From Candidatus Eiseniibacteriota bacterium (GTDB lineage: Bacteria > Arandabacterota > Arandabacteria > Arandabacterales > Arandabacteraceae): DNA of 64,000 nucleotides. Under the pieces are notes generated by a model, which ran no database searches, was not told where the DNA came from, and saw only the letters and a program-made list of their open reading frames with translations. A program made the translations under genes and the position numbers. Position 1 is the stretch's first letter. Each line of letters begins with the position of its first letter. Location of the stretch: the NCBI GenBank assembly GCA_043810925.1, contig JBDRNT010000069.1, positions 83,273 to 147,272 on the forward strand, in the 5' to 3' direction. Positions 48,725-58,679 of the stretch are shown here, one piece after another.

Positions 48725-49857
48725 AACTCAGCCAACACCGTTGCAAGCTTTGAGAGCCTGCCCTTCCTTAAAGCCAGTTCCAGCACACGCAAAGAGATAT
48801 CACGCGCCGCATCCGGTCTTCCCAACTCCCGTGACCTGCCGGACATCTTCGTCATCTTATCAGTGTCATAAATGATTGAGACTATGGCCTGAGCGAGCCG
48901 CTCGCCGGAGAGATCCTCATCCCGGATCACAGACGCCGCTCCGATGCGCTCAAGGAGCTTTGCATTCGCCTCCTGGTGGCCTCCTGCAGCATAGGGATAG
49001 GGAATGAGAATCGACGGCAGCCCGCATGCCGTGACCTCTGCAACCGACCCGGCACCTGCCCTGCAAACCACGAGATCACTCGCCGCATATGCAGAGCCAA
49101 TGTCGTCGATATAGGGGTACACCCGGCACAAGGAATTGATTTTCTGCACGGCCTGCGACACGTACTCATAGTCGGTTTTGCCGGTCTGGGCTACGAACTG
49201 GAGGTCATCCCGTCCTTCCAGCGCAGTGGCGGCCTCAACAAAGGCCTTGTTTATGCTTGACGCCCCGCGGCTTCCACCGAAGACGAACACGGTCTTCCGC
49301 GCGGGTTCGAGATTGAACATGCTGATTCCGTGTTCCCTGGTGTTACCGAGAAGTGTCGGCCTTGTCGGTACGCCCGTGACCCGGAGATTCGTGCCCTTCG
49401 AGAAGTAACGCACTGACTCCTGAAATCCGAGGGCGACCTCATCAACGAAGCGCGCAAGCAACATCGTAGTCCTGCCGGGAACACTGTTGGGTTCGATCAG
49501 AAGTATGGGCACACCGAAGAGCCTGGCCGCGGTGACGAAGGGACCACTCGCATATCCCCCGGTCCCTATGACGACGGCGGGCCGGTCCGTCATCAATATG
49601 ATGAGTGACTGCACGAACCCCACAAAGGCGCACACAAGCGAAAGTGCGGATCCCACGCTCGGCCCGGTCGGGAGCGGCCGTGACATTATATGGCGCATCC
49701 TGTAACCCAGGGCGGGCACTATACTTCCTTCAAGCCCGCGCCGCGTTCCCACAAACGACACGTCGACCTGCTTCCCTGACTTCACCAGGCTGTTGACGAC
49801 AGCGACGGCCGGGTATATGTGCCCACCGGTTCCTCCGCCTGCGATAGCGATCTTCAT
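48709..49857 (-). CDS. murG: Undecaprenyl-PP-MurNAc-pentapeptide GlcNAc transferase
   Basis: AGGGTGGHIYP, GTGGYAS, GGSRGA, RAGA, HQEANA; ATGA overlap with ftsW. Confidence 0.97.
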   Translation of the reverse strand: MKIAIAGGGTGGHIYPAVAVVNSLVKSGKQVDVSFVGTRRGLEGSIVPALGYRMRHIMSRPLPTGPSVGSALSLVCAFVGFVQSLIILMTDRPAVVIGTGGYASGPFVTAARLFGVPILLIEPNSVPGRTTMLLARFVDEVALGFQESVRYFSKGTNLRVTGVPTRPTLLGNTREHGISMFNLEPARKTVFVFGGSRGASSINKAFVEAATALEGRDDLQFVAQTGKTDYEYVSQAVQKINSLCRVYPYIDDIGSAYAASDLVVCRAGAGSVAEVTACGLPSILIPYPYAAGGHQEANAKLLERIGAASVIRDEDLSGERLAQAIVSIIYDTDKMTKMSGRSRELGRPDAARDISLRVLELALRKGRLSKLATVLAELCSVK

Positions 49858-50993
49858 TTGACGAGGGCCCTCCATCTGGAAGGTTGGAGGTCAATGAAAC
49901 TCTGTCTTCGCCTCGATACACCCAGAAGCATTCCGCACGAGGCGAGCAGTATCATCGACGATGTCCCGCCATAGCTCATGAAAGGCATGGGCAATCCCGC
50001 CGTCGGCAAGAGGCCGGTGCACACGCCTGCGCTTACACAGAAGTAAGCGGCGATGGCCATGGTAATACCCGTAGCCATTACCGAAGAGAAAACCGTTTGC
50101 GCGCGTCTGGCGGTCTTAAGACCCCGCCACACAAAGACAAAGAACAGGCCTATGATTCCGAGCATGCCCAGCAAACCGATCTCTTCGGCGGTGATCGCAA
50201 ATACGAAGTCCGTGTGAGCGTCGGGAACAAAGAGGTACTTCTGGTTACCCATGCCCACCCCGACACCTCTCAGGCCGCCGGCCCCTATGGCTATCAGCGA
50301 CTGCCAGAGGTGATAGCCTGCGCCCTGGTCGGATGACTTGATGTGCGCATCGATTCTGTCCCAGTTATAACCCGTGACCCACATGAACGTAAGCATCGCA
50401 CCCGCACAGGTCGCCAGGCCGGCGGTCAGGTGGAACGGACGGGCACCTCCCGCGAACAGTACAACGAGTCCGATAAGAAGGAGCATCACGGCCGTGCCGA
50501 TATTGGGTTCCATCGCCACAAGCAAAACGACCATCCCGATCACAAGGAATGCCGGCAGGAAACCATTGGCGAACCGCCTGATGTCATAGCGTTTTCTGGA
50601 GACGAAATCGGCAAGGTAGACCACCAGCGCGATCTTGGCGACCTCCGAGGGCTGAAAAGAGAAGCCCCCGATCTTAAGCCACCGGCTTGATCCTCTTACA
50701 CAGTAACGCAGGCTTGTCGGCAGCAATGTCAACACCAGGAGGGCGATCGAAGCGATCATCAACGGCCTGGCCAGCGTCCTGAGTGCGTTCTCTCCGATCC
50801 TGGCAAATAGGAACAACAGCAGGAAACCAAATGCGATTCTCACCACATGCTTCCTGAGGAAGTAGCTCGAAACCTTTGAGCCGGCGACCTCTGGCGCTAT
50901 CGTATAGCTCGAGCTGTAGACCATTACCAGTCCGACCAGCGTAAGGGCCAACACGGCAAACAAGAGGATTTTGTCCATCCCGGCCTCATCCAT
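49854..50993 (-). CDS. ftsW: Peptidoglycan polymerase FtsW
   Basis: GLVMVYSSS, RWL...FQPSE, PDAHTDFVFA..AEEIG, LPMPFMSYGGTS. Confidence 0.95.
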   Translation of the reverse strand: MDEAGMDKILLFAVLALTLVGLVMVYSSSYTIAPEVAGSKVSSYFLRKHVVRIAFGFLLLFLFARIGENALRTLARPLMIASIALLVLTLLPTSLRYCVRGSSRWLKIGGFSFQPSEVAKIALVVYLADFVSRKRYDIRRFANGFLPAFLVIGMVVLLVAMEPNIGTAVMLLLIGLVVLFAGGARPFHLTAGLATCAGAMLTFMWVTGYNWDRIDAHIKSSDQGAGYHLWQSLIAIGAGGLRGVGVGMGNQKYLFVPDAHTDFVFAITAEEIGLLGMLGIIGLFFVFVWRGLKTARRAQTVFSSVMATGITMAIAAYFCVSAGVCTGLLPTAGLPMPFMSYGGTSSMILLASCGMLLGVSRRRQSFIDLQPSRWRALVK

Positions 50994-52404
50994 GAGAAGG
51001 TGCCTCGTTTTCCTGTTTGAGTTTCGTCACTATCTGCTTGAACACCCTCCCCCGGTGTTCGAAGTCATCGAACATGTCAAAACTGGCACAACCAGGTGAG
51101 AGCAGGACCACGTCGGAAGGTGCGGCGGAATCCATAGCACCCCGGACAGCGGCCTCGAGACCGTCTGCCAGCCTCACCTCAGTCAGGGCCGAGAACGCAT
51201 CCCGCAACTTCTCACGTGCCTCGCCGATCGCATATATGGTCTTCACCTTCTCACCGACCAGTGACGACACTTCGGTGAAATCTCCGCCCTTGTCCCTCCC
51301 GCCGGCGATCAGTAACACAGGGGCATGCATGGCTTCGAGCGCTGTCTTGAGGGAATCCAGGTTTGTCGCCTTCGAGTCGTTTATGAAGTCGACCCCGCCT
51401 ATGGAGCCTGCGAATTCCAGTCTGTGTTCAAGTCCCTCAAACTCCCGTACGCCCTTGCGTATGAGTTCGGGTTCAAGGCCGAGCGCGGTGGCCGCCAGGG
51501 AGGCTGCAAGACTATTGGCAAGGTTATGCGGGCCTCGAATCCTCAAATCTTGAGTGAGGAAAATCTCTCTCTCTTCACCACCGGCCCTGACAACCACACG
51601 CTCGCCCTTTACGAAAGCGCCCTCGTCGAGCTCCTCCGTGAGACTGAAAAACAGCTTCCTGCAGATTGCATCACGGGACGCTTTCAAAGACTCTCTGTCG
51701 TCATGATTTATTACTGCCATATCGTCTCTGGTCTGATTGGCAAACAGCTGCGCCTTCGACTGCGCATAGGCTTCATACGACGGGTACCGGTCAAGATGAT
51801 CCGGTGTGATGTTAAGAAGCACTGAAACCGATGGGCTGAAGCTCAGGCACGTATCAAGCTGGAAACTCGATATCTCGATCACCATCGTCCAATCCGGGCC
51901 CAGCCCGCAGGCGATGGACGAGATCGGAAGCCCGATGTTTCCCCCCACCCGGACTCTGCTGGAGGCACCGCTCAAAATCGTACCCAGGAGGCTCACGGTC
52001 GTGCTCTTACCGTTTGTCCCGGTCACGGCAACAAAGTTTGCATCACTGAGACACCAGGCCAGCTCGACCTCCCCTATCACGGTCTTGCTCTGCGTGCGTG
52101 CCCAGCGCACAAGTTCGATCTCGAGCGGTACCCCCGGGCTCATCACCAGGAGATCGCAGTCGCCGGCAAACTCAATCGAGTTTCTGCCCAGCTCGACCTG
52201 CACATCTCTCTTGACCAGCTCGGACAATGCAGAATCCAGGTCCTCACCTCTCCTCGTATCCGTCGCCTTGACAGCAGATCCGATATCCCGAAGCACACCG
52301 CACGCGGCCATACCACTCCTTCCAAGCCCAACGACAAGTACTTTCATGTCTCTGAGTTCGGTCGCGGTCAGTGCTTTTCGCTTTTTCATTGTTCCAGTTA
52401 TCAT
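50986..52404 (-). CDS. murD: UDP-MurNAc-L-Ala--D-glutamate ligase
   Basis: GLGRSG, SPGVP, TGTNGKSTT, EISSFQL, PDHLDRY, NDSKATN, LSPGCASFD. Confidence 0.97.
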   Translation of the reverse strand: MITGTMKKRKALTATELRDMKVLVVGLGRSGMAACGVLRDIGSAVKATDTRRGEDLDSALSELVKRDVQVELGRNSIEFAGDCDLLVMSPGVPLEIELVRWARTQSKTVIGEVELAWCLSDANFVAVTGTNGKSTTVSLLGTILSGASSRVRVGGNIGLPISSIACGLGPDWTMVIEISSFQLDTCLSFSPSVSVLLNITPDHLDRYPSYEAYAQSKAQLFANQTRDDMAVINHDDRESLKASRDAICRKLFFSLTEELDEGAFVKGERVVVRAGGEEREIFLTQDLRIRGPHNLANSLAASLAATALGLEPELIRKGVREFEGLEHRLEFAGSIGGVDFINDSKATNLDSLKTALEAMHAPVLLIAGGRDKGGDFTEVSSLVGEKVKTIYAIGEAREKLRDAFSALTEVRLADGLEAAVRGAMDSAAPSDVVLLSPGCASFDMFDDFEHRGRVFKQIVTKLKQENEAPSHG

Positions 52405-53486
52405 CTCAGTTTGAGTGTGCTCAGGGTGAACAGCGCAAGTAGCGCAGAAAGAATCCAGAACCTTACAACGAGCTTGGATTCGGGCCAGTTCATCAGCTCA
52501 AAATGATGATGAAGCGGTGCCATCTTGAACACCTTCTTGCCGGTAAGCCTGAACGAGATAACCTGTATGATCACTGAAAGGGCTTCGACGACGAATATCC
52601 CGCAGACGATGGCAAGCAGTATCTCCTTCTTGATGAGTATTGCGACTGTGCCGAGCGCACCTCCCAGTGCAAGCGAGCCCGTATCGCCCATGAAAACCTG
52701 GGCCGGATGGGCGTTGAACCAGAGGAAACCCAGCGACGCGCCCACAAGCGAACCGCAGAAGATCGTGAGTTCACCCGCCTGCTTGAGATAAAGAATGTTC
52801 AGGTAACTCGAGAAAGTGGCGTGCCCCGTCATATAGGTGATACCGACGAATGCCACACCCGCGAAAATGAACATCCCGACGGCCAGCCCATCAAGACCGT
52901 CGGCAAGATTGACCGCATTCGATGCTCCGGTGATCACAAGGATAACGAAGGGTATGTAAAAGATCCCGAGGTCGGGGAGGACGTTCTTGAAGAACGGAAC
53001 CGTGGTCTTGGTGGCAAGTTCAGGATTCTCGGGAAACGCGACAAGCACGGTTCCGATCGCAAGCCCGAGAAGCGCCTGACCGGCTACCTTGTACCTGCCG
53101 ACAAGCCCCGCCGGCTTGCACTTCACCACCCTCAGGTAGTCATCAACGAATCCCATCGCACCGAGCCAGCAGGTCGCAACAACGCTGATGATGATATACG
53201 GGTTCGTGAGATTCGCCCAGAGCAGCGTGGGCACGACGACCGCGAGGATGATCATGATACCGCCCATCGTCGGTGTCCCCTGCTTGCCTGCATGTCTTTC
53301 CGGTGTATCACGTCGTATACCGTTAAGGAACTTGTGGTTGGCCAGCATGCGAATCAGCGCGGGACCGAATACGAAGCAAATGAAAAGTGATGTCACGGTC
53401 GCGTATGCCGTCCTGAAGGTTATGTACCTGAAGATGTTGAATGCCGATATGTACTCCCTCAGGGGATACAGGAGGTGATAGAACAA
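52401..53486 (-). CDS. mraY: Phospho-MurNAc-pentapeptide transferase
   Basis: KQGTPTMGG, DDY, NAVNLADGLDGLA, VFMGDTGSL, MAPLHHHFE. Confidence 0.98.
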   Translation of the reverse strand: MFYHLLYPLREYISAFNIFRYITFRTAYATVTSLFICFVFGPALIRMLANHKFLNGIRRDTPERHAGKQGTPTMGGIMIILAVVVPTLLWANLTNPYIIISVVATCWLGAMGFVDDYLRVVKCKPAGLVGRYKVAGQALLGLAIGTVLVAFPENPELATKTTVPFFKNVLPDLGIFYIPFVILVITGASNAVNLADGLDGLAVGMFIFAGVAFVGITYMTGHATFSSYLNILYLKQAGELTIFCGSLVGASLGFLWFNAHPAQVFMGDTGSLALGGALGTVAILIKKEILLAIVCGIFVVEALSVIIQVISFRLTGKKVFKMAPLHHHFELMNWPESKLVVRFWILSALLALFTLSTLKLR

Positions 53487-53487
53487 A

Positions 53488-54873
53488 TCAGGCCCTCCCC
53501 TCTACAGCTTGCTGCTTGAGAAGATCGCAGATCTCTTCAAGTCCCGCCATTCGCGATCCTTTTACCAGGACGACGTCATGTGGCGCGATGAGGTGTGACA
53601 TCTGCTGCATGGCGTCCGTCTTGTCTTCAAAAAACAAGGCCGACTCAGGGCTCATCCCCGATGCCCTCGCCTCATCCACCGTCGCGCGTGTCAGACCGCC
53701 TATCCCGATCAAGACGTCGACGCCCGATGAGGTGACCCACGTACCGACTTCTCGATGGAGCCGGTCGGCGCTGTCCCCGAGCTCAAGCATCTCTCCCATA
53801 ACGAAGACCTTCCTTGTCTTCCCCATAGAGGAGAACACGTCGAGAGCGGCCTTCACCGAATCGGGATTGGCGTTATAAGAATCGTCGATGATCGTCAGAT
53901 CGGCCGCCTTCATTACCTTCATACGCAGGGGTTCAAAATCTGTGAGAATACGCCCGGCGTCATCAGGTGAAATGTCGAAGAGACCGGCGGCGGCTATGGC
54001 AGCGGTCGCGTTATAGATATTGTGCAGTCCGGGCGACCTAAGCCGCATGGCGACCCCGTTCACCGAGAACTCCGCACCACGGCCGTCGATCTGTCTGATG
54101 TCCGTTGCACGAAAATCGGCGGCCTCCTTGACCCCAAAGGTGAGGAGATCGACGTCGATCCCCGCGATTGCGGAGAGCAGCAATGGGTCATCGGCGTTGA
54201 CTATCCCTGTCCCGCCGGGTTCAAGGCATCTCAGAATATCCGTTTTCTCACGGGCAATCTCGTCGACACTTCCGAAGTAACCTATGTGCGCCCTGCCCAC
54301 ATTTGTGACAAGCCCGACAGTGGGACGCGCAATCTCGCACAGATTTCTGATCTCTCCCCTGTGGTTACTGCCAATCTCGATTACCAGAACCTGATCGGCG
54401 TCATCCAGACCGAGAAGCGAAAGCGGGACACCTATGTGATTATTGAAGTTGCCGGGACTCTTATGGACCCGCATCTTGCTTGCGAGCAACATCGCCAGCA
54501 TGTCCTTCGTGGTGGTCTTGCCGTTCGAACCGCTTATCGTGACAACGGGTATGTCAAGCCGGCCACGCTCGTGGGAGGCTATGGACTGAAGCGCTGCAAG
54601 CGGCGACTCGACAACGATCTGTACGAAATCCTCTCCGGCCCCCTCAACCGGGTGCGATACCACTGCGGCGACCGCACCCCGGGTGCGGGCTTCGCCTACA
54701 AAGGTGTGCCCGTCGCGCCGCTCACCTTCGAGTGCGAAGAAGAGATCGCCCTCCTCAAGCCGACGCGTGTCGAACGAATAGCCGGTCACCACCAGGTTTG
54801 CCGGCAGCCCCTTGTCAAGAGCGACCCGCGCGCCGGTGATTTTCACGATTTCGTCAATGCTAAGGTTTAGCAC
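53488..54873 (-). CDS. murF: UDP-MurNAc-tripeptide--D-Ala-D-Ala ligase
   Basis: GSNGKTTTKDM, NNHIGVPL, DDSYNANP, GEMLELG, VKGSR; likely GTG start at 54873. Confidence 0.96.
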   Translation of the reverse strand: MLNLSIDEIVKITGARVALDKGLPANLVVTGYSFDTRRLEEGDLFFALEGERRDGHTFVGEARTRGAVAAVVSHPVEGAGEDFVQIVVESPLAALQSIASHERGRLDIPVVTISGSNGKTTTKDMLAMLLASKMRVHKSPGNFNNHIGVPLSLLGLDDADQVLVIEIGSNHRGEIRNLCEIARPTVGLVTNVGRAHIGYFGSVDEIAREKTDILRCLEPGGTGIVNADDPLLLSAIAGIDVDLLTFGVKEAADFRATDIRQIDGRGAEFSVNGVAMRLRSPGLHNIYNATAAIAAAGLFDISPDDAGRILTDFEPLRMKVMKAADLTIIDDSYNANPDSVKAALDVFSSMGKTRKVFVMGEMLELGDSADRLHREVGTWVTSSGVDVLIGIGGLTRATVDEARASGMSPESALFFEDKTDAMQQMSHLIAPHDVVLVKGSRMAGLEEICDLLKQQAVEGRA

Positions 54874-56347
54874 TGGTAACAGCTCCAAATGCTTTTCTGA
54901 CCGCCTGCCTGTCATCAAAATCTATTCTCGTAGTCCCGACTATCTGGTGGTCCTCATGGCCTTTACCCGCGATCACAACGATGTCGCCCTCCTTGCTGAG
55001 GGTCACCGCACGCTGTATGGCCTCTCCCCTGTCGGGTACGACTTCGTAGTTTGCCTTGTCAGGGACTCCTTTTACGATTTGATCGATTATCTTGAGCGGG
55101 TCTTCGCTCCGAGGATTGTCGGAGGTGACGATCGTAAGGTCCGCGATCCTGCCAGCTATCTCCCCCATTTCGGGCCGCTTGCCCTGGTCTCTGTCGCCAC
55201 CGCAGCCGAAAACACAGATGATCCTGCCGGTACACATCTGCGTGACATCTTCAAGCAGCCGCTCCAGAGCGTCCGGGGTGTGAGCGTAGTCTACGATCGC
55301 CCACCTTCCCGGGCCCGCGATAACCTCCATCCGACCGGGGACCGACTTGATCGCCGCGATACCCGTCGAAATAGCATCTTCATCGATATCGAGCGCACTC
55401 GACACTGCAAAGGCAGCGAGCGCGTTCTCGGCATTCGCCCGTCCGATCAGGGCGGTCTCCACCTCCACCGTTGCACCCTCATGTTTGACTCTGAGCTTTG
55501 AGCCCTCCCAGCCGACTTCGACGATATCGCATCTCACATCGGCATCTCCACCAAGGCGGTAGGTCAGACACGACAGCGGCGAACGGCTCGCGATCTGCCG
55601 TCCCACGTCATCACCTGTGTTGACAACCGCCTGACGGCGATCACCAAAGTGATCTCCCTCATCGTCAATACCCATGAGCCTCATCTTGGTGGCCGTGTAG
55701 TCCTCAAAGCCGTCGTGGAAGTCGAGATGGTCCCTCGTTAGATTCGTAAAAGCCACAACGTCGAAATTGACGTAATCCACGCGGCTCTGGGCGATGGCGT
55801 GTGAGGAGACCTCCATAACGCAGAACCTGATACCGCGGTCGAGCATCAACCTCATGTACCTGTGGACCTCCGGTGAACCCGGTGTGGTGAACGAGTCCTT
55901 CGTCACCGAGCGTCCTATCCAGTGACCAAGCGTCCCCATGATTCCAACCGGCTGTCCCCAGGCCTCCAGGATCGATCGCAGATAGTGAACTGTGGTCGTC
56001 TTGCCGTTTGTACCCGTCACGCCTATCACTGTGAGGTGCTTCGACGGGTCACCGAAGAACCGGGAGGAGACGTTCGCGAGCGCTCTGCGAACGTCATCCA
56101 CTATTACCTGGGTAACCGGTTTGGCCGTCTCGAGTCGTCTCTCGCAAAGCAGGACCGACGCCCCGCGCTTGATGGCGTCATCGGCAAAGGAGTGTCCGTC
56201 GACCCGCCCTCCCTTTATACAGGCGAAGAGGCTGTTCTCAACAACCGCTTTTGAGTCGGATGTCAAATCGGCGACAATGGCATCGGTATTGCCTGCGACA
56301 TCGACGGTGTCAAGCGTGTCGATTATCGCGCTCAGGTTGGTTTTCAT
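54860..56347 (-). CDS. murE: UDP-MurNAc-dipeptide--meso-DAP ligase
   Basis: TGTNGKTT, MEVSSHA, TNLTRDHLDFH, DYAHTPDA, FGCGGDRD; DNPR is the meso-DAP specificity motif. Confidence 0.97.
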   Translation of the reverse strand: MKTNLSAIIDTLDTVDVAGNTDAIVADLTSDSKAVVENSLFACIKGGRVDGHSFADDAIKRGASVLLCERRLETAKPVTQVIVDDVRRALANVSSRFFGDPSKHLTVIGVTGTNGKTTTVHYLRSILEAWGQPVGIMGTLGHWIGRSVTKDSFTTPGSPEVHRYMRLMLDRGIRFCVMEVSSHAIAQSRVDYVNFDVVAFTNLTRDHLDFHDGFEDYTATKMRLMGIDDEGDHFGDRRQAVVNTGDDVGRQIASRSPLSCLTYRLGGDADVRCDIVEVGWEGSKLRVKHEGATVEVETALIGRANAENALAAFAVSSALDIDEDAISTGIAAIKSVPGRMEVIAGPGRWAIVDYAHTPDALERLLEDVTQMCTGRIICVFGCGGDRDQGKRPEMGEIAGRIADLTIVTSDNPRSEDPLKIIDQIVKGVPDKANYEVVPDRGEAIQRAVTLSKEGDIVVIAGKGHEDHQIVGTTRIDFDDRQAVRKAFGAVTSAKP

Positions 56348-58266
56348 TCCATCGCACCCAGGGTTAAACTACACGTCCTTGCCCCATCGAACGGCGAATA
56401 CGCTGCCGGATCCTGGCGTACGACCCGTCCCGATCCATGTGCTCTCCAGCTGATGCCTGCGCTCGCCAAGACCTGTGTAGCCTCTCTGAGCGACAGACCT
56501 GCGAGGGACGGATACAAACCTTCTCTTCCAGTCTCAAGACGTGAAGATAGTTCAACCCCAGATGCGGGAACAGCGGTACTGCCCTGTGATATGGGAGACT
56601 CCCGGAGACTGGTCAACCTCTGGCACTGCGAGGGGATCAGCCTCTTCTCCCTCTTGAGCAGGAATTCCACAATGCTCTTGAATGCGGGTCCGCAGACGGT
56701 GCCTCCGTAGTGTGTCCGGCCTGACGGCTCGTCTACAACGACTGCACACACATACCTGGCATCATACGCAGGTGTGAACCCGGCAAAGACCGCGTGAAAC
56801 TTGCCCTTGATGTACTTCCCGCATTCGGCTTTCTGACCAGTCCCTGTCTTGCCTGCAATGCGGACTCCTTCTATTCTCGCCGGGACGCCGGTGCCTTCCT
56901 GGACCACCGTCTCCAGCAAGCATATCATCTCCAGGGCTGTCTCATGTCTTATGACGGTCCGTACAGCCTTTGCCGGGTATCTCTTCTTTATGTTTCCGTC
57001 TTCATCTATTATCGCTTTGACCAGTCTCGGACGCAGCAGCGTGCCTCCGTTTGCGACCGCGGCATATGCCATGGCCAACTGCACCGCGGTAACGCCTATC
57101 TCCTGCCCAATCGCGAGAGTCTCGAGCGAACGCGCCGACCACAGGTCGGGCTCTCTGAGGATGCCCGGTGATTCACCCTCAAGGGCGATTCCGGTTCTTG
57201 AACCGAACCCGAAAGCCCTGAGGTACCTGTAGAACTCCCAGGAACCAATGCGGCGCGCGATTTGTGCACTTGCCACGTTGCTTGAAAAAGCCATGGCCTC
57301 GATGAGGTCCGGGAACTCCCGCGGGTGGTCATCACTGATCCATCCGCCCGGAACCTTGAGCTTCCCTCCGTTGGTGTCAAACACGGTAGTGGCGTCTACC
57401 TTGCCCAGCTCGAGACCTGTGGAGAACGTGCAGATCTTCAGGGCGGAACCTGGTTCGAATACCGTCCTGACCGGGTAGTTACAGCCACGCGGACTGCTCG
57501 CAAGGGCCAGGATGTCACCGCACCGGGGATCCACAATCACGACACAGCCGCCTTTGCCCTTGTTGGACTTAACGGCCTCGTCGAGCGCGGCCTCGGCAAA
57601 GGCCTGGAGATCGGCATCGATTGTAAGCACCACCGAGTTGCCGCTGACCGGCATCTGCACCATCGCCCTCACGCAGGGCCTGGAGTTTCCAAGCGCATCC
57701 CTCAGATAACGCCGCATTCCAGGCGTGCCCCTGAGCTCGTCGTCGAGCGACAGTTCGATACCCTCGAGCGGTATGTCGTCTACCGACAGGCACCCGATGA
57801 CATTCCGCGCAACCTTATCCATGGGGCTGACTCTCCTGCCGGCAGGCTCGAAGTAGACACCTGGAAGGTCAAGACACTTGAGCGCGGCCGCGGCTTCTAC
57901 ATCAGCCGCCCGGTCGATCAGTCTGAATCTCGAAGACCTGTCGGCGAGCTTCCCGGCCACCGTCCTGCGATTCACATCCAGCACCTCTGCAAGTTTGGCA
58001 GCTACGTATCCGGCATCCTCAATCATGCTGGGGTCGGCACAAACCCTGACTGCGGGCAGAGTGACCGCGAGAGGCTGGAGGTTGCGGTCGAAGATCGTAC
58101 CTCTCTTGGCCGGAATGCTCCTGATGAAACCATGCTGCTGCTTGGCTATCTTGCTGTAGTAGTCGTGCTTTACGATCTGGATATCGACCAGTTTCACAAT
58201 TATCAATGCGACGAATACCATGAAGCCTGCGAACATGATGAACATTTTGTACGCGCCGGGTTTCAT
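56344..58266 (-). CDS. ftsI: Class B penicillin-binding protein FtsI with a C-terminal PASTA domain
   Basis: RGTIFDRN, LTID, EPGSALK (SxxK), SSN, GKTGT; ATGA overlap with ftsL. Confidence 0.93.
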   Translation of the reverse strand: MKPGAYKMFIMFAGFMVFVALIIVKLVDIQIVKHDYYSKIAKQQHGFIRSIPAKRGTIFDRNLQPLAVTLPAVRVCADPSMIEDAGYVAAKLAEVLDVNRRTVAGKLADRSSRFRLIDRAADVEAAAALKCLDLPGVYFEPAGRRVSPMDKVARNVIGCLSVDDIPLEGIELSLDDELRGTPGMRRYLRDALGNSRPCVRAMVQMPVSGNSVVLTIDADLQAFAEAALDEAVKSNKGKGGCVVIVDPRCGDILALASSPRGCNYPVRTVFEPGSALKICTFSTGLELGKVDATTVFDTNGGKLKVPGGWISDDHPREFPDLIEAMAFSSNVASAQIARRIGSWEFYRYLRAFGFGSRTGIALEGESPGILREPDLWSARSLETLAIGQEIGVTAVQLAMAYAAVANGGTLLRPRLVKAIIDEDGNIKKRYPAKAVRTVIRHETALEMICLLETVVQEGTGVPARIEGVRIAGKTGTGQKAECGKYIKGKFHAVFAGFTPAYDARYVCAVVVDEPSGRTHYGGTVCGPAFKSIVEFLLKREKRLIPSQCQRLTSLRESPISQGSTAVPASGVELSSRLETGREGLYPSLAGLSLREATQVLASAGISWRAHGSGRVVRQDPAAYSPFDGARTCSLTLGAME

Positions 58267-58679
58267 TTCGTCTTGGTCCCTGTCTTCTCGATGACCACCA
58301 CGTTGTCCCAGTCTATTGCAGCCATACCGAGCTTCGAAGTCGCAACCAGCTGAATTCGGCTGAGGGACTCGAGCTCGACAACCTCGCAATCGAGTCGCTC
58401 GGCTTTGGTCCTGACGAGATCGAGTTGCTTCTCAAGCAGGAGGTTCTGCCTCAGCATCGATTCCACCCTCAGTCCTTCCCAGGTATACAGGAGGCTTGAT
58501 GCAGCCCCCAGAGCGACCAGCAGTAACCCAAACAGGAGCGACCGACCTGTGCGCTTGACTCCTTTTGCCCTGCCCAGTGTCTCTTCTCTTTTGCCCTCTC
58601 GAAGCGGCGCTTGCATTATTGGATTCCTGCGCACAAGAGCCGGTCGCTCCTGCACCCCTGGGTTGTCAACCGTTATCAC
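58263..58679 (-). CDS. ftsL: Cell division protein FtsL
   Basis: Between rsmH and ftsI; TM helix plus coiled coil; LESLSRIQLVATSKLGM. Confidence 0.8.
   Translation of the reverse strand: MITVDNPGVQERPALVRRNPIMQAPLREGKREETLGRAKGVKRTGRSLLFGLLLVALGAASSLLYTWEGLRVESMLRQNLLLEKQLDLVRTKAERLDCEVVELESLSRIQLVATSKLGMAAIDWDNVVVIEKTGTKTK

Noticed and set aside
34299..58353. Long plus-strand ORFs (34299..35423, 38446..39477, 42494..43381, 43386..44543, 57325..58353 and similar)
   Set aside because: They are antisense shadows of well-supported minus-strand genes in high-GC DNA, with no recognisable motifs.
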